A stretch of 64,000 bases of DNA from positions 32,001-96,000 of the IMG/VR virus record IMGVR_UViG_3300046820_001270, one strand, 5' to 3'. The translations under genes were made by a program, and so were the position numbers. Origin of the DNA: a virus (Duplodnaviria > Caudoviricetes). The notes beneath the pieces are model-generated. The model saw only the letters and a program-made list of their open reading frames with translations. It did not search any database and was not told the DNA's origin. This document shows, in pieces, positions 48,517-57,335 of this stretch. Each line of letters starts with the position of its first letter. Position 1 is the first letter of the stretch.

Positions 48517-49886
48517 TAAATTACTTTATATAAATTAAATCTTTCACGTGGTGTAAAATTCTTTATTGTTTTTTCTATTCCTTCACTCATAGAGTCACAC
48601 ATAACTTTTGACGATAAGTTATTGATTGCCCACTCTCTTCCTACTTGACCATTCTCTTTTCTTTTTTCTTTACCTAACAAATACATTTCATTAATTGCAT
48701 TAGCAACTTCATTATTATTAACTCTATCATCATAGATATACGGTGTCAATGGAGATCCGTTTATGTTTGTTGCTGCCGGCCATACAGGTTTAACCCACAC
48801 ACCATGATCTGGTTTAACAAGTGAATTACTTAAAGTTTCGATAACAATGTATTGGTCGGGAGTTAAAAATTTACCATCATACCCAAACCCACATTGGTCT
48901 TGTAAACCACCTGTTACACTTACAATGATGGGTGTTCCCGCCATCATACTTTCCGCCGTACCTAAACCAAATCCTTCATTATTTGCAATGTTAATCGTAC
49001 AATCGGCAATGTTATATAGTTTATTTAAGAGATCATTTTCAATTTTGGTCGTTGAAAAAACGATATCATAATTTGGACATACCTTATCTTTAACAGCGTA
49101 TAAGTCTGTACCATTATTATCGATAGGAGCGGTGTGCATAACCAATACACACTTTTTAGATTGTTCTTTACTTAATTTATCACAGAATAATTTAAATGAT
49201 TCTATAACGTCCGCAGGTTGTTTTCTACGAATATTTCTGTTATTAAAAAATAAAACAAAATCGTATTCTTTACCCTCAAATAAATCCTTTTTAACTTGAG
49301 TTAATTCTTTTTCATCTAATGGTTTAAAAATATTTTCATTAATACCGTGAGGAACATAACTAATTTGCCAATCTTCCAATGGTTTACGAATACCATCTTC
49401 AATCTTACCAACACGATTAACAATACCGTATGTCAATTTAGAAATACAACCTAACCAATCACAACTTTCATAGTAATCTTTATTGTATAATGGATCGGGT
49501 ACGTTATCCCAAATGTGATAATATAAAATTGGGACTTGTTGTCTTATCTCATGTTCAGAATCATATAACCATTGCCAATAGTGAGGATCAGTAAAATGTA
49601 AGATAGCATCTATTTTCATTTCGCTTAATATTTTCCTCAACATTACAATATCACCATATGAATTATATGGTATAATTTTTAATTCGGCATCAGGAACACC
49701 AGTTTTTTCTCTAATATCAGTATCAACATCCACAAATTTACCAGCTTCATTATGATTAATACCCGCACCTAATTGAACCCAATTAAAACGATCAACGGTA
49801 CCCATCACAAACTCTCTTGACATTGTGGCGATACCCGATGTCATTCGTAAATCGTCTGATAGTAATAATATTCTTGGTTTACCCAT
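48516..49886 (-). CDS. GT4 glycosyltransferase
   Basis: SDDLR..SGIAT, YVPHG, NRNIRRK, NEGFGL..AES, TGGLQDQ; start moved to MGKPR. Confidence 0.9.
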   Translation of the reverse strand: MGKPRILLLSDDLRMTSGIATMSREFVMGTVDRFNWVQLGAGINHNEAGKFVDVDTDIREKTGVPDAELKIIPYNSYGDIVMLRKILSEMKIDAILHFTDPHYWQWLYDSEHEIRQQVPILYYHIWDNVPDPLYNKDYYESCDWLGCISKLTYGIVNRVGKIEDGIRKPLEDWQISYVPHGINENIFKPLDEKELTQVKKDLFEGKEYDFVLFFNNRNIRRKQPADVIESFKLFCDKLSKEQSKKCVLVMHTAPIDNNGTDLYAVKDKVCPNYDIVFSTTKIENDLLNKLYNIADCTINIANNEGFGLGTAESMMAGTPIIVSVTGGLQDQCGFGYDGKFLTPDQYIVIETLSNSLVKPDHGVWVKPVWPAATNINGSPLTPYIYDDRVNNNEVANAINEMYLLGKEKRKENGQVGREWAINNLSSKVMCDSMSEGIEKTIKNFTPRERFNLYKVI

Positions 49887-49887
49887 A

Positions 49888-50091
49888 TTAATATTTTGAT
49901 CCACTCACAGCTAAATCTGTGTAGTTATTTATTTTGCTTCTAAATGATTCATCTTTAACATAAAGATCTAATGTACGATTAACTAACTTTTGTAGGTTAA
50001 TATTACCATCAATTGCATTTATTTTAAATTTTCTGTAAACGTCTTCCAATACATGGACACTCGTTAATTTTTTTTCTACTTTCATATTCAA
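49888..50091 (-). CDS. Putative ribbon-helix-helix DNA-binding protein
   Basis: Beta-strand LTSVHV followed by two helices (Y.KFK; LQKLVNR.L..Y); heads the GT operon. Confidence 0.5.
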   Translation of the reverse strand: MNMKVEKKLTSVHVLEDVYRKFKINAIDGNINLQKLVNRTLDLYVKDESFRSKINNYTDLAVSGSKY

Positions 50092-50116
50092 TTATATATT
50101 TAGATATATATTACTA

Positions 50117-50156
50117 AATTGAAAAAATATCGTCAATAAAGACGATATTCTCAATT
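50117..50156 (-). terminator. Intrinsic terminator hairpin
   Basis: aatatcgtc/gacgatatt stem with 6-nt loop, followed by a T-run on the minus strand, just after the 50176-50352 gene. Confidence 0.6.
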
Positions 50157-50175
50157 ATCTATAATATTGACGATA

Positions 50176-50352
50176 CTATTGTTTGATTTGATTCAATTTC
50201 TCAACAATTGCGTCGACTATTAATTGTTGTTGATCAGGTAATGTACCGTTATTAGTTTGTTGATTAACTTGGTTTTCATCTAATGAAACGTTAATTTGTG
50301 TTGGTTCAGCTACTACTTGAGTAGTCTTGTTTTTTTTACATCCGCATCCCAT
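50176..50352 (-). CDS. 58-aa protein beginning MGCGCKK (not in the ORF track)
   Basis: Hand translation; own upstream TATTTAT motif and downstream terminator. Confidence 0.7.
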   Translation of the reverse strand: MGCGCKKNKTTQVVAEPTQINVSLDENQVNQQTNNGTLPDQQQLIVDAIVEKLNQIKQ

Positions 50353-50436
50353 AGTATTTCTTTTTTTATAAATATTTTGGTTTATTGTTTTTTATTTCTT
50401 ATATTTTAATAATACAAAAAATAAATTTAAATATCA

Positions 50437-51126
50437 ATGGATAAAGACTTTAAAATGGTGAAAAGTGTCTACACCTCAAACTACGACGCAATTACGAATA
50501 TAATGCACCTTTATAACATAGAAAGGTTTGATTTAGACTGTACATATTCTAAGGGTAGTTTTTGGAAAGACCTACCTGGACCCGTTTACAAGACAGATTT
50601 AATTCCATCAAACGATAGTGTAGTTGAGGCCAATTCTGAGAACTTACCGTTTGAGGATGGGTCAATGAGAACTATTATGTATGATCCTCCATTCGTTGTG
50701 GCGGGAGCATCCTATAAGAACAATAAAGAAGGTAGTTCAATCATTGCAAAACGATTTGAGGGGTATACTAACTATAAAGAATTAACTGACAATTATTACA
50801 ATACATTAAAGGAATTATATAGGGTATGTCAGAAAGGTGGGTATGTTGTAATGAAATGTCAGGACACCGTATCAGGGGGTAAGAATCACTTTACACATTG
50901 TCTTATTATGAACATGGCGATGGAGATTGGGTTTTATCCAAGAGATATGTTTATTTTACATAACAAGGTGAGGATCAATAGTTTCGGTACTAAATGGACT
51001 AAACAAGAACATGCAAGAAAATATCACAGTTACTATTGGGTGTTTGAGAAAGTTAAACCAAAGGTTAAATATGATTTTATTACTCCAATTATCGAACAGG
51101 GTTTTGAGGAGTCCCCAAATACATAG
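50437..51126 (+). CDS. Amino-type (N6-A/N4-C) DNA methyltransferase-like protein
   Basis: DCTYSKGSFW SAM motif, MYDPPF motif IV, E..RV..KGG..V.KCQD. Confidence 0.7.
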   Translation: MDKDFKMVKSVYTSNYDAITNIMHLYNIERFDLDCTYSKGSFWKDLPGPVYKTDLIPSNDSVVEANSENLPFEDGSMRTIMYDPPFVVAGASYKNNKEGSSIIAKRFEGYTNYKELTDNYYNTLKELYRVCQKGGYVVMKCQDTVSGGKNHFTHCLIMNMAMEIGFYPRDMFILHNKVRINSFGTKWTKQEHARKYHSYYWVFEKVKPKVKYDFITPIIEQGFEESPNT

Positions 51127-51454
51127 CAACTTTGTCCCCCACCTTCCAACCATCACATGTGCCGGCAGGGAATTCAATAACATGATCGCCAATACCTGTG
51201 TAACGAGGTAGGGTCATACGATGAGAATCTTCAACGGGACAATTGGGATGAATACGGTTGATACGGTTATTGAGAATAAAAACAATATCAAGTGGTACGA
51301 GGCAATTCTTCATCCAAAACGAATGATGACCTTTACCCATCTTGAATACCATACAACCGTTTAGTTCTTCTCTACCCATCATACCTCTTTCAATATCCTC
51401 AGGTGTGGATAAGTATTCGGCGGTGAATGTTTTGTTATTAATGTGAACTGACAT
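51089..51454 (-). CDS. DUF192-family protein
   Basis: GMMGR, FWMKNC..PLDIVF, VIEFPAG. Confidence 0.8.
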   Translation of the reverse strand: MSVHINNKTFTAEYLSTPEDIERGMMGREELNGCMVFKMGKGHHSFWMKNCLVPLDIVFILNNRINRIHPNCPVEDSHRMTLPRYTGIGDHVIEFPAGTCDGWKVGDKVAMYLGTPQNPVR

Positions 51455-51501
51455 AACTATAATTATTTGGAATTATCAAAATATATCATTATATTTGAAC
51501 T

Positions 51502-51753
51502 ATGGAAAGTATATTTGGAAGTTTAATAGAATTTGACAGTCAGAAAGAACTGAATGAATACATGGAAAATTTGGACGTACTCAGTGCGACACAAATTATT
51601 GAAAAACAAATTGAATATGTTGCTTCACATGGTGGATTTACTATTGTTGAAAGTCACGTTTTATATAAATGTTTAATTAAATTAAAAGAAGATGCAAATA
51701 AGAATCAAAGAGATCATCTACATAATGATGATACTAACGGGGATATTGGTTGA
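51502..51753 (+). CDS. Hypothetical protein
   Basis: 83-aa ORF behind TTTG-N20-TATATTTG. Confidence 0.55.
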   Translation: MESIFGSLIEFDSQKELNEYMENLDVLSATQIIEKQIEYVASHGGFTIVESHVLYKCLIKLKEDANKNQRDHLHNDDTNGDIG

Positions 51754-51871
51754 GAAATACGGACTTAAAGGTGCGGATCCCGAATTGGTAAAATACTTTG
51801 GATGGGGTGTTATAAGTCTCGGTTCATTCAATTTAGTATTAGATTACATTAGAAAACCTAAAAAGAAATAA
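51692..51871 (+). CDS. 59-aa two-TM membrane protein with basic C-terminus (holin-like shape; not in the ORF track)
   Basis: Hand translation MQIRIKEIIYIMMILTGILVEK..FGWGVISLGSFNLVLDYIRKPKKK; ends 1 nt before the next ATG. Confidence 0.5.
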   Translation: MQIRIKEIIYIMMILTGILVEKYGLKGADPELVKYFGWGVISLGSFNLVLDYIRKPKKK

Positions 51872-51872
51872 T

Positions 51873-52439
51873 ATGTCAAAGTTTACAAAAAAATGGCAGA
51901 AGGAATTTGAGAAAAGATATTCCACTGCGGTTCTCGAATTAAAAAATTTGGAGGCTGAATATAAAGAAATGAAGGATACAAATCCTGATGAATGGTCACT
52001 AAGTTTTATGACCCCAAAGGAAAGTGAAATTGATTTTGGAGTATTAGGTGATTATAGTATATACGATTACGGAGATAAAGTTGATATCAGATTTAATGGT
52101 AGTATCATTAGTGTTGATTTTTCAATAACAGAATTGAAAAAATTAATTGAATTAAGAAATGAATTGATAAAAGCAATTGATACATTCCAAAGACCAATAG
52201 TGAAAGAAAAAGTTGTTGTTGATACTGATAATTGCGATGATGAGGAAGACGCCGAAGAACAAGAATGGGAAATTAAAGCTGAAAGGTCATTAACCGAATC
52301 ATGGACATACACCGTAACGGCAATAAGTGCGTGTGAGGCTATAAAAATGTTAGAACAAGACGAAGATCAAGTAGGTATAAAACATAATGATGACAGTGAA
52401 TATTATGATTATGGTGATATAGAATACGAATCAATTTAA
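51873..52439 (+). CDS. Hypothetical acidic protein
   Basis: 188-aa ORF. Confidence 0.6.
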   Translation: MSKFTKKWQKEFEKRYSTAVLELKNLEAEYKEMKDTNPDEWSLSFMTPKESEIDFGVLGDYSIYDYGDKVDIRFNGSIISVDFSITELKKLIELRNELIKAIDTFQRPIVKEKVVVDTDNCDDEEDAEEQEWEIKAERSLTESWTYTVTAISACEAIKMLEQDEDQVGIKHNDDSEYYDYGDIEYESI

Positions 52440-52455
52440 TAATAAAAATAAAAAA

Positions 52456-52743
52456 ATGACAAAAAGAAATTACGAAAACGAACTTATGGAAGCAATCGCA
52501 CCATTTGTTGCCGATTACCAAGAATTCCCTCGTGGATTTGCTGAAACTGACAATCTTAATGATATTAACGAATGTCAAAAAATAGTGAATGAAATGTTAA
52601 GAGATTTTAATGTTTTTTATACTATTTCAGATAAAAAACAGGCCATCAAAGAAGAAAAAAATAGATGGGAACAAGGAAAAAACGCATGGTGTTATGGTAG
52701 ATACATAGCTAGATTAAACTATCTTAAAAATAATAAAAATTAA
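52456..52743 (+). CDS. Hypothetical protein
   Basis: 95-aa ORF. Confidence 0.55.
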   Translation: MTKRNYENELMEAIAPFVADYQEFPRGFAETDNLNDINECQKIVNEMLRDFNVFYTISDKKQAIKEEKNRWEQGKNAWCYGRYIARLNYLKNNKN

Positions 52744-52747
52744 TTAT

Positions 52748-53179
52748 ATGAGTCAAGTAAAATTTTCAACAGCAAAAGGGGATATGATTGCTGAGTTATA
52801 CGATAACGAAACCCCAATTACAGTCAATAACTTTAAAGAGTTAATTAGTAAAGGATTTTATAATGGATTAAACTTCCATAGAGTATTACCTAACTTTGTA
52901 ATTCAGGGAGGGTGTCCAAATGGAACAGGATCTGGTGGACCAGGTTATAACATTCCTTGTGAAGTAAATGCAGATAAACAATATCACGACAGAGGAGTTC
53001 TGTCAATGGCACATGCAGGAAGAAATACCGGTGGTTCACAGTTCTTTATTTGCCACAGTAGACAAGGAACACAACACTTAGATAAAAACCATACATGTTT
53101 TGGTAAAGTCATCGAAGGTTTAGATATAATTGATTCTATTCAACAAGGAGATAAAATTAATTCAATAGAAATTTTATAA
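52748..53179 (+). CDS. Cyclophilin-type peptidyl-prolyl isomerase
   Basis: FHRVLPNFVIQGG, LSMAHAG..TGGSQFFI, HLD..HT.FG. Confidence 0.95.
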   Translation: MSQVKFSTAKGDMIAELYDNETPITVNNFKELISKGFYNGLNFHRVLPNFVIQGGCPNGTGSGGPGYNIPCEVNADKQYHDRGVLSMAHAGRNTGGSQFFICHSRQGTQHLDKNHTCFGKVIEGLDIIDSIQQGDKINSIEIL

Positions 53180-53373
53180 TGTTAAAGAATTATTACAAAG
53201 ACTTTTTTGTCTATAAGAAGAACCATCACTGGTATATTTTACCGGCTATCATATTTTATTATGATAAGCATTCAATTTATGATGACGGTAAAATGGCACC
53301 ATCATACGGTTTAACGGTTAGATGGTTACGTTATATGATTGGAATACAAATACAAAAGATAGATGAAAATTGA
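53179..53373 (+). CDS. Hypothetical protein
   Basis: 64-aa ORF, TAATG coupling. Confidence 0.5.
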   Translation: MLKNYYKDFFVYKKNHHWYILPAIIFYYDKHSIYDDGKMAPSYGLTVRWLRYMIGIQIQKIDEN

Positions 53374-53641
53374 ATTATACCCAACGACAATTGAAACATA
53401 CATGACTTGGCAAGAGGCTAATGATTATTGTGTTAAATTACAAGATGATTGGAGATTACCAACTAAAGAAGAGTTAATCTATATGTTTGACACAACCCCA
53501 AATGAATTTGGTAATTACGGATGTTGGGGAGAAAGACATAGTATATTTTATTCTTGGTCCATCGGTTTTAAAACTGGAAATGTGTATTTAAATTTAACTG
53601 AAAACAAAAATTATTTAAGACCGGTAAGAGATATAAAATGA
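53363..53641 (+). CDS. DUF1566 (Lcl C-terminal)-like protein
   Basis: TWQEA..YC..DWRLPT.EEL..W..F..G..RPVR. Confidence 0.7.
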   Translation: MKIELYPTTIETYMTWQEANDYCVKLQDDWRLPTKEELIYMFDTTPNEFGNYGCWGERHSIFYSWSIGFKTGNVYLNLTENKNYLRPVRDIK

Positions 53642-54087
53642 TAGTAGATAAAACATATTGGGGTAGTGATTTACCATTACCTTTATCACCATCCGATAGA
53701 GATGTTGAAGTTTATAAAAATTATTTAAAAAAGGGGACAACTTTAATGTTAGGTTGTACTAAAAAGTTAATACCATTGAGTGATAGACAATTGGATATTG
53801 ACCCATGGTACAATGAAAACACAGTTATTAATGGAGATTGGGTAGATAACCAACATTTTTACAATAACATTATTATAGACGGTGGATTATGTTTCACTAA
53901 AAAATTGTGTGATGATATTGTGAAAATGGCGAGTAAAAATTGTGAAGTTTTTATATCAAGATCATTTAAACATAAATTAGACACGATGAAAATTGCGGAA
54001 TATTTCCCAAAGACATCCGACTTCAAAATTATACCAAAAGAAGTTGTAGTTTATGATGATTATTTTTTTTACATATGGAGATTTTAA
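53638..54087 (+). CDS. Hypothetical protein (possible degenerate Rossmann/methyltransferase fold)
   Basis: TLMLGCT, LDID, GDW, IIIDGG; weak. Confidence 0.45.
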   Translation: MIVDKTYWGSDLPLPLSPSDRDVEVYKNYLKKGTTLMLGCTKKLIPLSDRQLDIDPWYNENTVINGDWVDNQHFYNNIIIDGGLCFTKKLCDDIVKMASKNCEVFISRSFKHKLDTMKIAEYFPKTSDFKIIPKEVVVYDDYFFYIWRF

Positions 54088-55118
54088 ATGACGAACAAAT
54101 AGATAAAGATGTTCTTAAGTTGTTAGAGATGTTTGAAACAACCCAATACAAAGAACATAAGATCAAACCTGAGATGATATCAGGACCAATCATTACACGA
54201 GACGATTTAAGGAACATGAAAATGGAGAAAGGACTTTACACAAGTAAATCGTCTGGATCCACTGGCGAACCTGTGAGCGTTGAGAAAACATATCAGGATA
54301 TGATATGGTCATTAGCAACAAACATTCGTGAAATCCGTTGGAGAAATTGGGACGTAACAAAGACTGTTGCGGTTATTAAAGCAACCCATAAAACAGATGA
54401 ACTTGATAGTTGGGGAATATCTAAACGTATAGAACCGGTACAAGGTAAAACCTACACAAATTCATATAAGACCATATCAGAATTACAGGAGTGGTTAGAA
54501 GAGGTAAACCCACATTATATTCAATGTATCCCATCAATACTTAAACAATTGAATGTTGCTAAGATTAGTAATTTTATTGATTGGAAAGGAACGGGGGAAT
54601 TAGGTGGAACAATGTATTCAACCGAAGAATGTGGAACAATTGCTATTTTGTGTCCTGAGAACCCACACGTATATCATGTGATGGAGAACATACATGTTGA
54701 GACGGACACAGATGGAGGTATTATAGTCACGTCAATGACTAACCCTTACATTAAACGATACAAACACGGAGATCATATTGAGATGGGGGAATGTACCTGT
54801 GGACGAACGATGCAAACAATAAAGGAAATTAAAGGTAGAACTCGTAATATGTTTACATTACCTAATGGTGATAAGAAATGGCCTCTATTAGGTTCACATC
54901 ATTACTATGAAAGATTTGGTATTAAACGATATAAAGCAACTCAAACATCTATTAATGAATTAACATTGGAGATAATTGCGGAACCATTAGAAGGAGAGGA
55001 AAGAGAATTAAAAGATTTGGTTTGTGAGTTTTTACAAACGGACATTAACATTACGATTAAATATGTGGATAACTTTCCAAACTATAAGTTTGAGGAGTTC
55101 GTGAGTTTAGTGAATTAA
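54075..55118 (+). CDS. Phenylacetate-CoA ligase (PaaK/CapK)-like adenylating enzyme
   Basis: SSGSTGEP, YSTEECG, P.IKRY.HGD, C.CGR..I.GR. Confidence 0.8.
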   Translation: MEILNDEQIDKDVLKLLEMFETTQYKEHKIKPEMISGPIITRDDLRNMKMEKGLYTSKSSGSTGEPVSVEKTYQDMIWSLATNIREIRWRNWDVTKTVAVIKATHKTDELDSWGISKRIEPVQGKTYTNSYKTISELQEWLEEVNPHYIQCIPSILKQLNVAKISNFIDWKGTGELGGTMYSTEECGTIAILCPENPHVYHVMENIHVETDTDGGIIVTSMTNPYIKRYKHGDHIEMGECTCGRTMQTIKEIKGRTRNMFTLPNGDKKWPLLGSHHYYERFGIKRYKATQTSINELTLEIIAEPLEGEERELKDLVCEFLQTDINITIKYVDNFPNYKFEEFVSLVN

Positions 55119-55120
55119 AA

Positions 55121-55152
55121 AACCCTGACGTTAGTTGTAAAAAATCAGGGTT
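55121..55152. terminator. Possible bidirectional terminator between convergent genes
   Basis: aaccctga / tcagggtt 8-bp stem with a 16-nt loop. Confidence 0.4.
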
Positions 55153-55177
55153 AATTAGATAGTTGAAAATCAATTAC

Positions 55178-55303
55178 TTAGCGTCCTTGACCTCTGTAGT
55201 TTTTTTCAGTTCTATCGTGTTTGTTGTGAGTTTTTGTTGCTGAACCTTTTTTTCTCTTACCAAAAGAGACTTTGTTGTTACTAGCACTTTTTCCTTTTGC
55301 CAT
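55178..55303 (-). CDS. 41-aa highly basic peptide ending KNYRGQGR (not in the ORF track)
   Basis: Hand translation MAKGKSASNNKVSFGKRKKGSATKTHNKHDRTEKNYRGQGR; TATTTAT upstream on the minus strand. Confidence 0.7.
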   Translation of the reverse strand: MAKGKSASNNKVSFGKRKKGSATKTHNKHDRTEKNYRGQGR

Positions 55304-55374
55304 AATTGTGTGTTTTTTAATAAATACACGTATATTCTAACTTTTTTCGTATATTTGACATCTAAACTTACTTT

Positions 55375-57300
55375 ATGGAAGAAATATTACTTTATCAACG
55401 ATACTCTTACGCGAAGATCACACCATATAAGAATTACTCTAAATTCCCAAGAGAGGTACAACCACATAGTGGAATACATAAACAATTATCGTATGATGAT
55501 GATTTTAGTACCATAACTCACTATTACGATGCGGAAGAAGGTATTGGATTAACTCCTTTATTAGATGGTACTAGAAAGAAAAACACAAGATACTTTTATT
55601 GGAAGGACGAACTTAAAGATATACCGGTCATAAAGTACGCATCTAAACATAAATTGGATGGTGGAATGGGAGTATTTTACACCACGAAAGATAGACACAT
55701 TAAGAAATATTATAACGAACCATTCAGTGATATATTAGTGGTTATTCTTGAGAGATCCATTATAAGAAGAGGAGATAAGGTCACCATAAAAACAAACAAA
55801 TATACAAAACACAGAGGTTTTAATTGTAAGTATTTTAAATCAAACAGATACACCACATCAGTTACTTTTGATATGGTTAAAGGTGATTTTTTAATTATCA
55901 ATGCAAGTTTTTTAGGTAAAAAGAAAAATAATCCTGTTTTTAGAAAAAATAGTTTTAACTATCTTATGAATTTCATAAAAAGTCCTGATGGACCATTTAG
56001 ATTTTTGAGAAATCACATGGGAAAAAATAATAGACTATATAAAGAATTATATTATGCGTTCGACGATAAACAGTTTAACCAAGCTCTTTATTCAGTATTC
56101 AATCGTATGATCACATATCCAACCGACGGAACATTATTTAGAGATTTATTTTATGACGAAGTAATGAGGTGGTTTATTAATACTAAGAAAATAAAAACAC
56201 CAAATGAATATAGGGATTTGATACTTAGATATTACCCAACTGAAAAGTATTTGAAAAAGAATGATAGGAAATTAGTTGCGTCAATATTAGATGTATTTCA
56301 AATCAAATCAAAAATAACAATTAAGTTATTACATGAAAAACCTAATGTAGATTTAAGGTCTCTAATTAAATTATGTTATTTATTTGGTGATCAATATCAA
56401 AAATATATCGGATCTATTAGTTTTGATATGTTTGGGATTATGAGTACAATTAATGACTTACCTTCATCTTCTTTAAGAATGATGGAAAGTACTTGTAATG
56501 ATTATAAAAATCATGGGTATGATATTAATGATATTGAGAAAGAAAATTTATTAAAAGTATTATTAAGTGAACCCGAAAGAGAAAGAGGAAATACTGTAAA
56601 TGAAAATTTTATGGGATTAGTTGTGGATCATTTTAGAATGTTAAATAGAATTAGAGAGTATGATCCTAATATTAGAATGAGAGCAAATAATAAAACTAAA
56701 TTTCATACTGAACATATGGAATTATCTAAAGTTATATCTCAAATTAAAAAGGGTTGGGTCATTCAATATTTTTATCCTGAGGAAACAATTAGACAAATAC
56801 AACAACCAATTAGTTGTGAGAAAAAAAGTGAGTTGTGGAAACACGATAGTGATGGTAGTAAAGAATTAATTACAATTGTACATGATGGTGATGTAATGAT
56901 TTATCCATATGTATTAACACGAGAGGAAGAATACATTGAGGAAGGTAAATTTATGCATCACTGTGTTGCATCATATGCTGAGACCGATACATCAATGATT
57001 GTTTCTTTACGAACTGAAAATCAACAAGATAGAGTTACATGTGAATTTCAAATATCAAGTGGTAAATTAATACAAGCAAAACATTTTTCAAATGCACAAC
57101 CACCAAAACATTATGAAGATGCGATAGATTGTGTGAGTGATTTGATTAGAATACACGCAAGATTTGGAACTCTTAATTGGTTAAAGAAAGACAGAGTTGC
57201 GATTAAAATAAATGGTGTTGAAATACCGGCGGAGAAAAGAGAACCAAGAAGATTGATAGATATTTTAGATTTAGATGATGCACTACCATTACCATTTTAA
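55375..57300 (+). CDS. PcfJ-domain protein
   Basis: C-terminal EEG..MHHCVASY..I.SLR..R.TCE..Q..N. Confidence 0.75.
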   Translation: MEEILLYQRYSYAKITPYKNYSKFPREVQPHSGIHKQLSYDDDFSTITHYYDAEEGIGLTPLLDGTRKKNTRYFYWKDELKDIPVIKYASKHKLDGGMGVFYTTKDRHIKKYYNEPFSDILVVILERSIIRRGDKVTIKTNKYTKHRGFNCKYFKSNRYTTSVTFDMVKGDFLIINASFLGKKKNNPVFRKNSFNYLMNFIKSPDGPFRFLRNHMGKNNRLYKELYYAFDDKQFNQALYSVFNRMITYPTDGTLFRDLFYDEVMRWFINTKKIKTPNEYRDLILRYYPTEKYLKKNDRKLVASILDVFQIKSKITIKLLHEKPNVDLRSLIKLCYLFGDQYQKYIGSISFDMFGIMSTINDLPSSSLRMMESTCNDYKNHGYDINDIEKENLLKVLLSEPERERGNTVNENFMGLVVDHFRMLNRIREYDPNIRMRANNKTKFHTEHMELSKVISQIKKGWVIQYFYPEETIRQIQQPISCEKKSELWKHDSDGSKELITIVHDGDVMIYPYVLTREEEYIEEGKFMHHCVASYAETDTSMIVSLRTENQQDRVTCEFQISSGKLIQAKHFSNAQPPKHYEDAIDCVSDLIRIHARFGTLNWLKKDRVAIKINGVEIPAEKREPRRLIDILDLDDALPLPF

Positions 57301-57335
57301 CTACACATTTTCATTAAATCCATATATATTACTAT

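Noticed and set aside
1631-49886. Bacterial O-antigen or capsule locus
   Set aside because: No Wzx/Wzy/Wzz or ABC exporter, and it is interleaved with fibre, capsid-fragment and other phage genes.
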